From the NCBI GenBank assembly GCA_038116945.1, contig JAYOEY010000001.1, positions 292,649 to 356,648 of the forward strand: DNA of 64,000 nt. The letters run 5' to 3'. A program made the translations under genes and the position numbers. The notes beneath the pieces were generated by a model. The model saw nothing but the letters and a program-made list of their open reading frames with translations. It ran no database searches and was not told where the DNA came from. Shown here piece after piece: positions 10,011 to 18,827 of this stretch (positions within the stretch are counted from its first letter, which is position 1; each line of letters opens with the position of its first letter). Source of the stretch: Rhodospirillales bacterium. Its GTDB lineage: Bacteria; Pseudomonadota; Alphaproteobacteria; MPNO01; UBA2964.

Positions 10011-11369
10011 TCAGTCGATATCCGCGATATCGCGATACTCGGGGACGGTACAGTTCCACCCCAGTTTCTCCTCGATTCGGTGTCTCAGCGCGTCGGAAGC
10101 CGCGGGTTCGCCATGTACGATATAGGTGTGCCGGGGCGGGGTACGGAAATTCGAAAGCCAGGTGATTATTTCGGATGCATCGGCGTGGGCGGACAGCATG
10201 TCCAGCTGGTCGACTTCCGCATGGACAGGGATATAGCTTCCGTGGATTTTGATTTCGTCGGCGCCGGCGATCATTGATGCGCCCCTTGTGCCTCCGGCCT
10301 GATAGCCTGCGAAGAGGATCGTATTGCGGGCGTCGCGCGCATAAACCTTGAGGTGGTGGATGACCCGGCCGCCGGTCGCCATACCGCTCGCCGATACGAT
10401 GACCTTGGGGACGTGGTTTGCGTCGAGGGCCCGCGATTCTTCAGGAGTATGGACATACCGGGCCACCCCGAACGCCGCCCTGGCCTCTTCGGCGGACAGG
10501 CGGTGGTCGTCCGGATGGCGGCAAAAAATCTCCGTTGCGTCGATGGCCATCGGACTGTCGAGATAGACGGGCAGGTCGGGAATTCGTCTGGCCTGTTTCA
10601 GCCGATGGAGATGGTAGAGAAGGGTCTGGCTTCGTCCGACCGCGAAAGAAGGAATGATTATCGAACCGCCTCTGGCTGCCGTCCGGTTGATGATATCTGC
10701 AAGCATGTCCTCCGGATTTTCCTTGGAATGGACACGGTCGCCATAGGTTGATTCGAGAACCAGCACCTCCGCGTCCTCGACGGGTTCCGGATCTCCCATG
10801 GTGGGCATGCCAGGACGGCCCAGATCTCCGCTGAATACGATTCGTCTTTCATCGATTCCGATGGTCAGGATCGCAGCTCCCAGAATATGACCGGCGCGCC
10901 GGAAGCCAAGTTCGATATTCCCGCCGATCGCAACAGGTGTATGAAATTCGCAGCTTTCGAGACGGTCGAGCGCCCGTTCCGCGTCGGCCATCGTGTATAG
11001 CGGCAATGCGGGGCTGTGTTTCGAATATCCCTGATCATTGGCGTATTCGGCTTCCCGTTCGAGAAGATAGGCGGCGTCGCGCAACAGGATATGGAGCAAA
11101 TCGATAGTGGAGGACGTTGCGTAGACCGGTCCCGAAAACCCCCTCCTGACGAGCAGGGGCAGGTAGCCCGAATGATCGAGGTGTGCGTGGGTTATGACGA
11201 CTGCATCGATAGCGGACGGGTCCAGCGGGAAGGGTTGCCAGTTTTTAAGGCGAAGCTGCTTGTAACCTTGAAACAGCCCGCAATCGATCAGCAAACGTCG
11301 GCGGTCGGTTTCAAGGAGGAACTTAGATCCGGTGACGGTTCCGACTCCGCCGAGAAAGGTCAGGCGCAT
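10011..11369 (-). CDS. MBL-fold beta-CASP family hydrolase (RNA-metabolising metallo-beta-lactamase type)
   Basis: ITHAHLDHSG (HxHxDH) motif. The 452-aa length and C-terminal HADASE/HGE motifs fit the beta-CASP family. Confidence 0.8.
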   Translation of the reverse strand: MRLTFLGGVGTVTGSKFLLETDRRRLLIDCGLFQGYKQLRLKNWQPFPLDPSAIDAVVITHAHLDHSGYLPLLVRRGFSGPVYATSSTIDLLHILLRDAAYLLEREAEYANDQGYSKHSPALPLYTMADAERALDRLESCEFHTPVAIGGNIELGFRRAGHILGAAILTIGIDERRIVFSGDLGRPGMPTMGDPEPVEDAEVLVLESTYGDRVHSKENPEDMLADIINRTAARGGSIIIPSFAVGRSQTLLYHLHRLKQARRIPDLPVYLDSPMAIDATEIFCRHPDDHRLSAEEARAAFGVARYVHTPEESRALDANHVPKVIVSASGMATGGRVIHHLKVYARDARNTILFAGYQAGGTRGASMIAGADEIKIHGSYIPVHAEVDQLDMLSAHADASEIITWLSNFRTPPRHTYIVHGEPAASDALRHRIEEKLGWNCTVPEYRDIADID

Positions 11370-11491
11370 TCAGCTGGGTGCCTTCTTTATTGGTGTTCCC
11401 CATTATGGGCGATATTCGTCGTTTCAGCACGCTTTGCGCTGGCGGTCCGTAGTGTTAGTGTCCGCGCGCTCTGGAGTATGCCGTTTTCGTT

Positions 11492-13513
11492 ATGGATGAC
11501 CTTATTAGACTTGAACTGATCCGCGAATCCCTCGTCGCGGTCGTCAACGAGATGCGGGCCAATATCATCCGCTCCTCCTATGCGGCGATTATCTATGAGG
11601 GGCATGATTTTTCGTGCGCGCTGATGTCGTCCGACGGCCGCCAGATTGCACAGGGGCTGGCCGATCATCCGATCCACATCTTTGCCGTTCCCTATTCGAC
11701 ACGTCAGGTGATTGAGGCGTTCGGAGACGATATTCACGAAGGCGATCTGTTCCTTCATAACGATCCCTATACCGGCGGAACCCATCTGAACGACGTGCTC
11801 CTGCTGCAGCCGGTTTTTCATGAAGGACGGCTGGCCATGTTCGCCGCGATGCGGTGTCACTGGAACGATGTCGGCGGCATGACGCCGGGTTCGCTTTCGG
11901 GGCGGGTCAAGGAAATCTATCAGGAGGGCATTCGCATCGTGCCGACCCGGATCTGCGAAAAGGGCGCGATGAACAAGGGCGTTCTCGACCTCCTGTTTAA
12001 CAACATGCGCGGGTCGGAAGAGCGTATCGGCGACTTCAACGCCATGCTCGGTACCGGTCGCAAGGCGGAAGAACATCTGCAGCGTCTTTTCCGGCGGTTC
12101 GGCGGAAAGGAGATGCTGAACGGTATCGATACGCTGATCGAACGGTCAGAACGCCAGATGCGGCGCAGGATCGAGGAATGTCCCGACGGCGACTATTTTG
12201 CGGAAGGTTATATCGAGAGCGACGGTTCGAATCCCGATCCCCTGGCGATCCGCCTGAAACTGACGATTGCGGGGGACTCCATCACGGCGGATTTCACCGG
12301 AACGTCGGCGCAGACGAACGGGCCCACCAACTGCGGACCGGCCATGGCTATCAACGCGGTGGGGACCATTGTAAAGGCGTTTCTCGACCCGAAGACGCCG
12401 ATCAATCACGGATCGTTCGATCCGATTACGGTTGTGGCGCCGGAAAAATCCTTCATCAACGCGCGCGAAACAGCGCCCTGCGGCGGCATGGCGGAAGTAA
12501 AATTCCTGATCGATTCCGTGGTTGCTGCGGCGATGAGCCAGGCCGTGCCGGAAATGTCGGTCGGGGATCTCAAAGGCGGCGCAAACCATGTTCATATCGC
12601 GGGACTGCGCGAGGACGGAAGAACGTGGATCCACTACGAGTGGCCTGCCGGCGGCACCGGCGCATCCGCCGGAACCGACGGAAGCAATGCCGTTCGCAGC
12701 TATAACGAAGGGGATTTCAACTCCATCCAGTCGGTCGAGACCGTAGAGGCGCAGTATCCCCTGAGGGTGGAGCGGTGCGAAATCCGGGAGGGTGCGTGCG
12801 GCGACGGCGAACACCGCGGAGGTTTCGGACTCAGGCGCGATATCCGGGTTCTGTCGGATGCCGCGACCCTGTCGGTTCTGTCGGAAAAGAACGTGATCCC
12901 GCCATACGGGGTTTCCGGCGGCAGCAACGGCGCGGCCAACCGGTTTGTCGTGCTGCGCGGCGAGCAGGTCATCGAACCGTCCGATGTGCCAGGCAAGGTA
13001 TCGGGATTCGGTCTCCGCACGGGGGATATCGTTCGAGAGGAAACGGCCGGCGGCGGCGGTGCCGGCGATCCTCTGAAGCGGGATCCGGCGCGTGTCGTCG
13101 AGGACGTCCGCCTGGGGTACCTGTCGAAAGATCAGGCGAGCGGGCGTTACGGCCTCGCGTTTCGCGACAATGGAGAGGTCGATCCCGAAGCGACGGCAGC
13201 CTTGCGGCAGGAACTGGCGGGGGCGCGGGTCGAGGTTGAAACGAGATTGTCGAACGATAACGAGTTCGATGGACCGCGCCGGCTGTTTTCGCTGGATGCG
13301 TCCCTCGCGGCACGTCTTGGCGTCTCCGCGGGTGACATGATCGAACTCCGCTCGCCGGGCGCCGTACCGCTGAGAGGATGGGTCGCCATTGAGGATAATG
13401 CAGGTGGCGACATGTTGACGATAGGACCGGTGGCCCGGGATCTGTTGAGGATCGAACCCGGAGAACGGGTCGAGATCAGGGCGGTTCATGCTGCCCCCGC
13501 CGGGGTGTTGTAA
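11492..13513 (+). CDS. hydantoinase B/oxoprolinase family protein with extra C-terminal domain
   Basis: N-terminal LIRESLVAVVNEMRANIIRSSYAAIIYEGHDFSCAL and GGGGAGDP motifs typical of HyuB. About 100 residues extend beyond the usual end. Confidence 0.85.
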   Translation: MDDLIRLELIRESLVAVVNEMRANIIRSSYAAIIYEGHDFSCALMSSDGRQIAQGLADHPIHIFAVPYSTRQVIEAFGDDIHEGDLFLHNDPYTGGTHLNDVLLLQPVFHEGRLAMFAAMRCHWNDVGGMTPGSLSGRVKEIYQEGIRIVPTRICEKGAMNKGVLDLLFNNMRGSEERIGDFNAMLGTGRKAEEHLQRLFRRFGGKEMLNGIDTLIERSERQMRRRIEECPDGDYFAEGYIESDGSNPDPLAIRLKLTIAGDSITADFTGTSAQTNGPTNCGPAMAINAVGTIVKAFLDPKTPINHGSFDPITVVAPEKSFINARETAPCGGMAEVKFLIDSVVAAAMSQAVPEMSVGDLKGGANHVHIAGLREDGRTWIHYEWPAGGTGASAGTDGSNAVRSYNEGDFNSIQSVETVEAQYPLRVERCEIREGACGDGEHRGGFGLRRDIRVLSDAATLSVLSEKNVIPPYGVSGGSNGAANRFVVLRGEQVIEPSDVPGKVSGFGLRTGDIVREETAGGGGAGDPLKRDPARVVEDVRLGYLSKDQASGRYGLAFRDNGEVDPEATAALRQELAGARVEVETRLSNDNEFDGPRRLFSLDASLAARLGVSAGDMIELRSPGAVPLRGWVAIEDNAGGDMLTIGPVARDLLRIEPGERVEIRAVHAAPAGVL

Positions 13514-13516
13514 GCG

Positions 13517-15562
13517 ATGTCAGACGGACGTTATCTCGTGGGTGTCGACGTCGGTGGCACCTTTACCGATATTCTGTGCCTCAATGTCGATACCCAGGAC
13601 ATTCTGTCGGCAAAAACGCCCTCGTTGCCCGGTAAACAGTGGGAAGGCGTTCTGAACGCGCTTCGGGAGCTTGGCATCGATTCCGGAGATATCAGGGCTT
13701 TCGTGCATGGAACGACCATCGCGACCAATGCGCTGCTCGAACGCAACGGCGCGAAGACGGCATTTGTCACGACGGAAGGTTTCCGCGATACGCTGGAAAT
13801 CGGCCGGACGCGGAGGCTGATCGGTGGCCTGTTCGACATCAAGTTCGTGCGCTCCAAACCGCTCGTCGATCGAACCCTGCGGCTCGAGGTGCCGGAACGC
13901 ACCGCGGCGAATGGCGAGGTTTTGAAGGACCTGTCGGATTTCGATTTCGTGGGCCTTGCAAATTCCTTGAAGGCCGCCGGCGTGGAGGCTGTGGGGATCG
14001 GGTTCGTCAATGCCTACGCAAATGACCGGACCGAAAGGGAGGCTGCTGCAGCGCTTGGCCCTCTGATGGATGATGTTTCGGTGTGTCATTCGACCGGAGT
14101 CGTCAACGAGCAGGGCGAATTCCACCGGTTCTCGACCTGCGTCCTGAACGCCTATCTGACGCCCGTGGTAAAGCGCTATCTCGACACGCTTGCCGCGGAG
14201 CTGAAGGGGCGGGGCGTTGCTGCGCCGGTCAACGTCATGGGCTCGAACGGAGGCGCCATGACCCTCGAAAAGGCGGCATCCTTCGCTGCCGGTACCTTCC
14301 TCTCCGGGCCGGTGGGCGGTGCGGGCGGCGCGGTGCGTGTCTGCGAAATGGCGGACATTGACAACTGCATCACCTTCGATATGGGTGGAACGTCTACCGA
14401 TGTGGCGCTGATCCATCAGCGGACGCCGCGCATTTCGCACGATAACCAGATCGATGCCTATCCGCTGCAGGTGGCGCAGCTTGATATTCATACGATCGGC
14501 GCCGGCGGCGGTTCGATTGCCTGGGTACAGGAAGACGGCACGCTCGAGGTAGGCCCGAGAAGCGCCGGCGCGCTGCCGGGACCGGCCTGTTACGGGCGGG
14601 GAGGGACCGAACCGACGATTTCGGATGCCAATCTCCTGTTGGGACGCCTGCCGACGGAACGGACTCTGTCGGGCGGTTTGAGGCTGGACCGCGAGGCGTC
14701 GGAGAAGGCGTTTGCGGCGCTGTCGGAAAAGCTCGGCGGCAGCGACGTCACGATGCTCGCGGACGGCGTACTGAAGATCGCGGTGGCGAAAATGGCGGGG
14801 GCTGTCAGGGAAGTATCCGTCCACCGCGGTTTCGATCCGCGCGATTTTGCGCTGCTGGGTTTCGGCGGTGCCGGGCCTATGCATGTATTTCTTGTCGCGG
14901 AGGAACTGGCGGTTCCCGTCGTGATCGTTCCGCGGTTTCCCGGTCATCTGTCCGCGCTTGGGCAATTGCTTGCCGATCAGCGGCGCGATGCGGTTATGGC
15001 ATGGGGCGGAAAGCTCAGTACGCTCGATTCCAGTGATCTGCGCGAGCGCGGACTGTCGATGCGGGACGAGGCAGCGGGAATCCTGTCAGAGGATGGTTTC
15101 GGAGCCGATCGGCAACGGCACGACTTTACGGTCGACATGCGGTACGTGGGACAGTCCTTTACCCTGTCGGTTTCGCTGGATCCCGAGGCGCCCGACGTCG
15201 AACGGCTGCGAAGCGGCTTCTCCGCGCGTCACGAGGAGACATTCGGTCATTCCGACCCGAACAGCGATGTCGAGATCGTCAATATCCGGCTGGTTTCGCA
15301 TGGGGTTGTCGACAAGCCCTCCCTGAATTTTTTGCGGGAGGAGACCGGCGACCCTGTGGTAGAGGTGCGACAGGTCTGGTTCGACGACAGCTGGTTCGAA
15401 TGCCCGGTTCTCGACAGGCGGCGGATGCCCGCGGGCGCGTGGTTCGAAGGACCGGCGATCGTAGAGGAAGCGGGCGGTACTTCGGTTGTGCCGCCGGGCT
15501 GGCAAATTACGGTACATGGTTCCGGCGCGCTCATATGTCGGAATCCGAAGGCCGACGCTTGA
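13517..15562 (+). CDS. hydantoinase A/oxoprolinase family protein
   Basis: VGVDVGGTFTD ATPase motif, DMGGTSTD, and a 681-aa length typical of HyuA. Starts 3 nt after the HyuB-like stop. Confidence 0.9.
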   Translation: MSDGRYLVGVDVGGTFTDILCLNVDTQDILSAKTPSLPGKQWEGVLNALRELGIDSGDIRAFVHGTTIATNALLERNGAKTAFVTTEGFRDTLEIGRTRRLIGGLFDIKFVRSKPLVDRTLRLEVPERTAANGEVLKDLSDFDFVGLANSLKAAGVEAVGIGFVNAYANDRTEREAAAALGPLMDDVSVCHSTGVVNEQGEFHRFSTCVLNAYLTPVVKRYLDTLAAELKGRGVAAPVNVMGSNGGAMTLEKAASFAAGTFLSGPVGGAGGAVRVCEMADIDNCITFDMGGTSTDVALIHQRTPRISHDNQIDAYPLQVAQLDIHTIGAGGGSIAWVQEDGTLEVGPRSAGALPGPACYGRGGTEPTISDANLLLGRLPTERTLSGGLRLDREASEKAFAALSEKLGGSDVTMLADGVLKIAVAKMAGAVREVSVHRGFDPRDFALLGFGGAGPMHVFLVAEELAVPVVIVPRFPGHLSALGQLLADQRRDAVMAWGGKLSTLDSSDLRERGLSMRDEAAGILSEDGFGADRQRHDFTVDMRYVGQSFTLSVSLDPEAPDVERLRSGFSARHEETFGHSDPNSDVEIVNIRLVSHGVVDKPSLNFLREETGDPVVEVRQVWFDDSWFECPVLDRRRMPAGAWFEGPAIVEEAGGTSVVPPGWQITVHGSGALICRNPKADA

Positions 15563-15613
15563 GTTGAAAACCGGGCCGGATTAGCTTCGGCCAAACTTGA
15601 ATGGATTCAGGAC

Positions 15614-16954
15614 ATGACACCTCCCGAAACGGCTTCTCTTCCGCCCGGCGCTGATGCCATGACGCATGATGACTGGTATGCGCTTGCCGGTCGCGTTTTG
15701 CCGGGAGCGGGACTAGGCGGCTATTCGCTGCCTGAGGATGTTCGCTTCGTGATCAGTAAAGGCGAAGGCTCGCGCCTTCAGGATGTACGGGGGCGCTGGT
15801 ATATCGACTATGTCGGCGGCGCAGGGGCGCTGATCCTCGGGCACGCGCATCCGGCCGTCATCGACGCGGTCCAGGATGCAGTACCAAAGGGATTGCATTT
15901 CTTCGGGACGCTCAACGAGTACTGCATTCGGCTGGCGGAAAGACTCGTCGACGCGATTCCGTGCGCCGAGAAAATAGCCTACTGCACGACCGGGTCGGAG
16001 GCGACCTTCTACGCGATGCGGATTGCGCGCGCTTATACAGGGCGCAGCAAGATCATGAAATGCGAAGGCGGGTATCACGGCAACCACGACTATTCGAATT
16101 TTTCCGTGTCGCCCAGCCAGGTGTCGAACTATCCGGCCGGCCGGCCCGATACGGCGGGGATGCCGGCCAGTCTTCCCGGTGAAGTGCTGATCGCACCCTA
16201 CAACGATCTCGATGTCGTTCGCAGGCTGGTGGAACAACACCGAGACGACCTTGCCGCGATCATCGTCGAACCGGTCCAGCGCGTGATTTTTCCCAAGGAG
16301 GGCTATCTCCAGGGATTGCGCGATATCTGCGACGAATTCGGCATCCTGCTGATCTTCGACGAGGTCGTCACCGGGTTCCGCCTCGCCTATGGCGGCGCGC
16401 AGGAATATTTCGGGGTTCGCCCCGACCTTGCCAGCTACGGAAAGATCGTCGGCGGCGGCGGGCCGGTCGGTTGCGTCGCAGGGTCCGAACGGATCATGGA
16501 GCAGTGCAATCCGGTCAATCGGGGCGGTGCCAACTACGCCTATATCAACGGAACGCTGCACGGCAATCCGGTGGGATGCGCGGCCGGCCTGGCGACGCTG
16601 GAGGTTCTCCGCGAGCCGGGGTTCTACGATCGCCTGGGCGAGAACGCCGCGACGCTCCAGCGGATGTGTCAGGACGTTCTTGACAGGCACGGGCTGGCGG
16701 CGAAGGCGATCGGCAGGGCATCGCTCTGGCAGATTGTCTTTACGCAGGTCGAGCCGGAAAGCTATGCCGATTTTCTGCGCGCCGACATGGGTTCGACGCG
16801 GGAACTCGACCGGTTACAGATGCATGAGGGACTCTACGTCCTGCCCGCTGTGAGACGATTCGTTTCGGCGGTACACACGGACGAGGATTTCGCGAATACG
16901 GTTACGGCGCTGGACGCCGCCTGCAGGGCTTTCAAGAACCGACAGTCATCGTGA
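15614..16954 (+). CDS. class III PLP-dependent aminotransferase (GSA-aminomutase-like)
   Basis: YVGGAGALILGHAHP, TGSEATFYAMRIAR, LIFDEVVTGFR and SYGKIVGGG (candidate Schiff-base Lys) motifs. Confidence 0.85.
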   Translation: MTPPETASLPPGADAMTHDDWYALAGRVLPGAGLGGYSLPEDVRFVISKGEGSRLQDVRGRWYIDYVGGAGALILGHAHPAVIDAVQDAVPKGLHFFGTLNEYCIRLAERLVDAIPCAEKIAYCTTGSEATFYAMRIARAYTGRSKIMKCEGGYHGNHDYSNFSVSPSQVSNYPAGRPDTAGMPASLPGEVLIAPYNDLDVVRRLVEQHRDDLAAIIVEPVQRVIFPKEGYLQGLRDICDEFGILLIFDEVVTGFRLAYGGAQEYFGVRPDLASYGKIVGGGGPVGCVAGSERIMEQCNPVNRGGANYAYINGTLHGNPVGCAAGLATLEVLREPGFYDRLGENAATLQRMCQDVLDRHGLAAKAIGRASLWQIVFTQVEPESYADFLRADMGSTRELDRLQMHEGLYVLPAVRRFVSAVHTDEDFANTVTALDAACRAFKNRQSS

Positions 16955-17652
16955 CCAAAGACGGAGCCCGCATAAAGGGAACCGCTGTCCTGTTCTCGGA
17001 AATGACGCCGCCGGACGGCGGGGAAGATGCCTTCAACGCCTGGTACGACGGTCACCATACCCCGAGCCATGTGGAAGGCGTTCCGGGGTTTCTGTCGGCC
17101 ATGCGCTACCAGTCGCCGGTGGGCCCGCATTATCTTGCAGTCTACGAGCTGGACGGCATTGATACGCTCGACAGCGAGGAATACCGGAGCCGCAAATTTA
17201 CGCCGGACGATGTCACCCGCGAGACGCTCAGTAACGTAACCGGCTTTACGCGATATATCGGCAATGAAGGGTATTTCGCCATCGACGGCGATGACATCCG
17301 GACGGTGCTCGATGCTCCGGTTCTGTGGTGTCAGTTACTCAGCGTGCCAATGGAAGAGCGCGGAGCGCTGGAAAGCTGGTTCGACGATGAATATTCCGGG
17401 TTGGTGCTGGAAGCGGAGGGCTGTCTCGGGGTTCGCCGATACGACATTGTGGCCTGGGACCCGGAACCGCATACCCATCTGTTCCTTCATTATCTTGCCG
17501 ACAGGGAGACGCCACAGTCGGAGGCGTTTGCAGAAGCGAAATCGACAGAACGCTACAGAAGTCTGTCGGCGAAATCGTGGTTTCAGCCGACATCGGTAAT
17601 GTACGGACGCCGACGTACCCGGTTACTGAAAACAGGTCCGGCGCCCGAATAA
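16951..17652 (+). CDS. tandem ferredoxin-like (EthD/DUF4286-like) domain protein, paralogue of 23704-24369
   Basis: Two internal repeats of the FxxWYxxxH...PGF/LxxxRY pattern. The GTG start overlaps the aminotransferase stop (GTGA). Confidence 0.6.
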   Translation: MTKDGARIKGTAVLFSEMTPPDGGEDAFNAWYDGHHTPSHVEGVPGFLSAMRYQSPVGPHYLAVYELDGIDTLDSEEYRSRKFTPDDVTRETLSNVTGFTRYIGNEGYFAIDGDDIRTVLDAPVLWCQLLSVPMEERGALESWFDDEYSGLVLEAEGCLGVRRYDIVAWDPEPHTHLFLHYLADRETPQSEAFAEAKSTERYRSLSAKSWFQPTSVMYGRRRTRLLKTGPAPE

Positions 17653-17676
17653 TCCAGTCAGCGAAGGAGAGAGAAT

Positions 17677-18084
17677 ATGGCAATTTCCAACAAGGAAACG
17701 TACGAAAAGGGGCTGTCGATCCGGCGCGAAGTGCTTGGCGGTGAATATGTCGACCCGAATATAGCCAAGGGCAAGGAAAACGATTTTCACGGCGCGATCC
17801 AGGACGTAGTGACCGAGTATTGCTGGGGCATGGGCTGGGGACGGGAAGGGGCGCTGGATCGCAAGACCCGTTCGATGCTGACGCTGGCGATCCTCACGGC
17901 GCTTGGAAAGCCGGCGGAACTCAAGGCACATACAAGAGGGGCGCTCCGGAACGGCGCATCTGTCGAGGAACTTCGCGAGCTGTTCATTCACGCGACGGTC
18001 TATTGCGGTATTCCCGCAGGCGTCGATGCCTTCCGCAGTGCGCTGGAAGCGATCGAAGCCTGGGAAGCCGGGGAAAAGGGCTGA
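17677..18084 (+). CDS. carboxymuconolactone decarboxylase (CMD/PcaC-like) family protein
   Basis: 135 aa. DRKTRSMLTLAILTALG...ELKAHTRGALRNGASVEELRELFIHATVYCGIPAG is a classic CMD-domain pattern. GGAGAGAGAAT lies before the ATG. Confidence 0.8.
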   Translation: MAISNKETYEKGLSIRREVLGGEYVDPNIAKGKENDFHGAIQDVVTEYCWGMGWGREGALDRKTRSMLTLAILTALGKPAELKAHTRGALRNGASVEELRELFIHATVYCGIPAGVDAFRSALEAIEAWEAGEKG

Positions 18085-18087
18085 CAG

Positions 18088-18825
18088 TCAGCAGGAGGAC
18101 AGAAGCCGTCCGTAGCCTTCGATCCTGTCTTTGACGCCGCATCGCCGCAGAGCCGCCCAGAAACCGGCGCTGTTGCTGCTGAGAACCGGTTTCCCGAGTT
18201 CGTCTTCCAGCGGTTGCAGTATATCCGCCGTGCCGAAATCGGTGCAGCAGATGAGCAGCGCATCGGCGTCGTCGCTGTCGACGGATCTCGCATGCGCGTA
18301 GGCGTCGACCGGCGGGACGCGGGAAATTTTCTGGATTTTTTCGAGAGTGCCGCCGAGCCCCAGGCCGGCAATTTTCGTGACCTCGAAACCGTGCCGTTCG
18401 ATAAACGCCTTTTCCTTTTCGTTGGTGGAATCGATGTAGGGCGTCGCCATGGCGATCTTGCGAACGTCAAGGGAGACGAGGGCGTCGAGGATCGCCTGGG
18501 CCGTCGACAGTACGGGGCGTCCCGAGGTTTTTTCCATGGCGCCGAGCAACCGGTCTGACGGGCACGCCATCGAACCGGATGTGCATCCATAGGCAATAAC
18601 ATCGGAACCCGCGGCGGATAGTTCTTCCGCCGCTCTTGCCGCACGGTCGAGCATTTCCGCGAAATCGTCGGTGGCTGGGTCTTTCTCCAGCGGCACCCGG
18701 GTGAAATGGACGGTGACGCCGTCCGGCTTCATCCTGTTGAACTCGATTTCGTTGGTCGTGTTGCTGACCGGAATGATCGTCCCGATCCGCGCGCGCCAGC
18801 TTGCAGGTCTGTCGGGTCGCGACAT
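18088..18825 (-). CDS. Asp/Glu/hydantoin racemase superfamily protein (maleate isomerase/arylmalonate decarboxylase-like)
   Basis: Two candidate catalytic Cys motifs, YGCTSGS and LICCTDFGT, as in maleate cis-trans isomerases; 245 aa. Confidence 0.75.
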   Translation of the reverse strand: MSRPDRPASWRARIGTIIPVSNTTNEIEFNRMKPDGVTVHFTRVPLEKDPATDDFAEMLDRAARAAEELSAAGSDVIAYGCTSGSMACPSDRLLGAMEKTSGRPVLSTAQAILDALVSLDVRKIAMATPYIDSTNEKEKAFIERHGFEVTKIAGLGLGGTLEKIQKISRVPPVDAYAHARSVDSDDADALLICCTDFGTADILQPLEDELGKPVLSSNSAGFWAALRRCGVKDRIEGYGRLLSSC

Positions 18826-18827
18826 GG

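Noticed and set aside
13520-14965. 481-aa minus-strand ORF and several 100-450-aa ORFs opposite the HyuB/HyuA genes (for example 12146-13489)
   Set aside because: They are antisense to well-supported hydantoinase-family genes and have no motifs of their own. This is the same shadow-ORF phenomenon.
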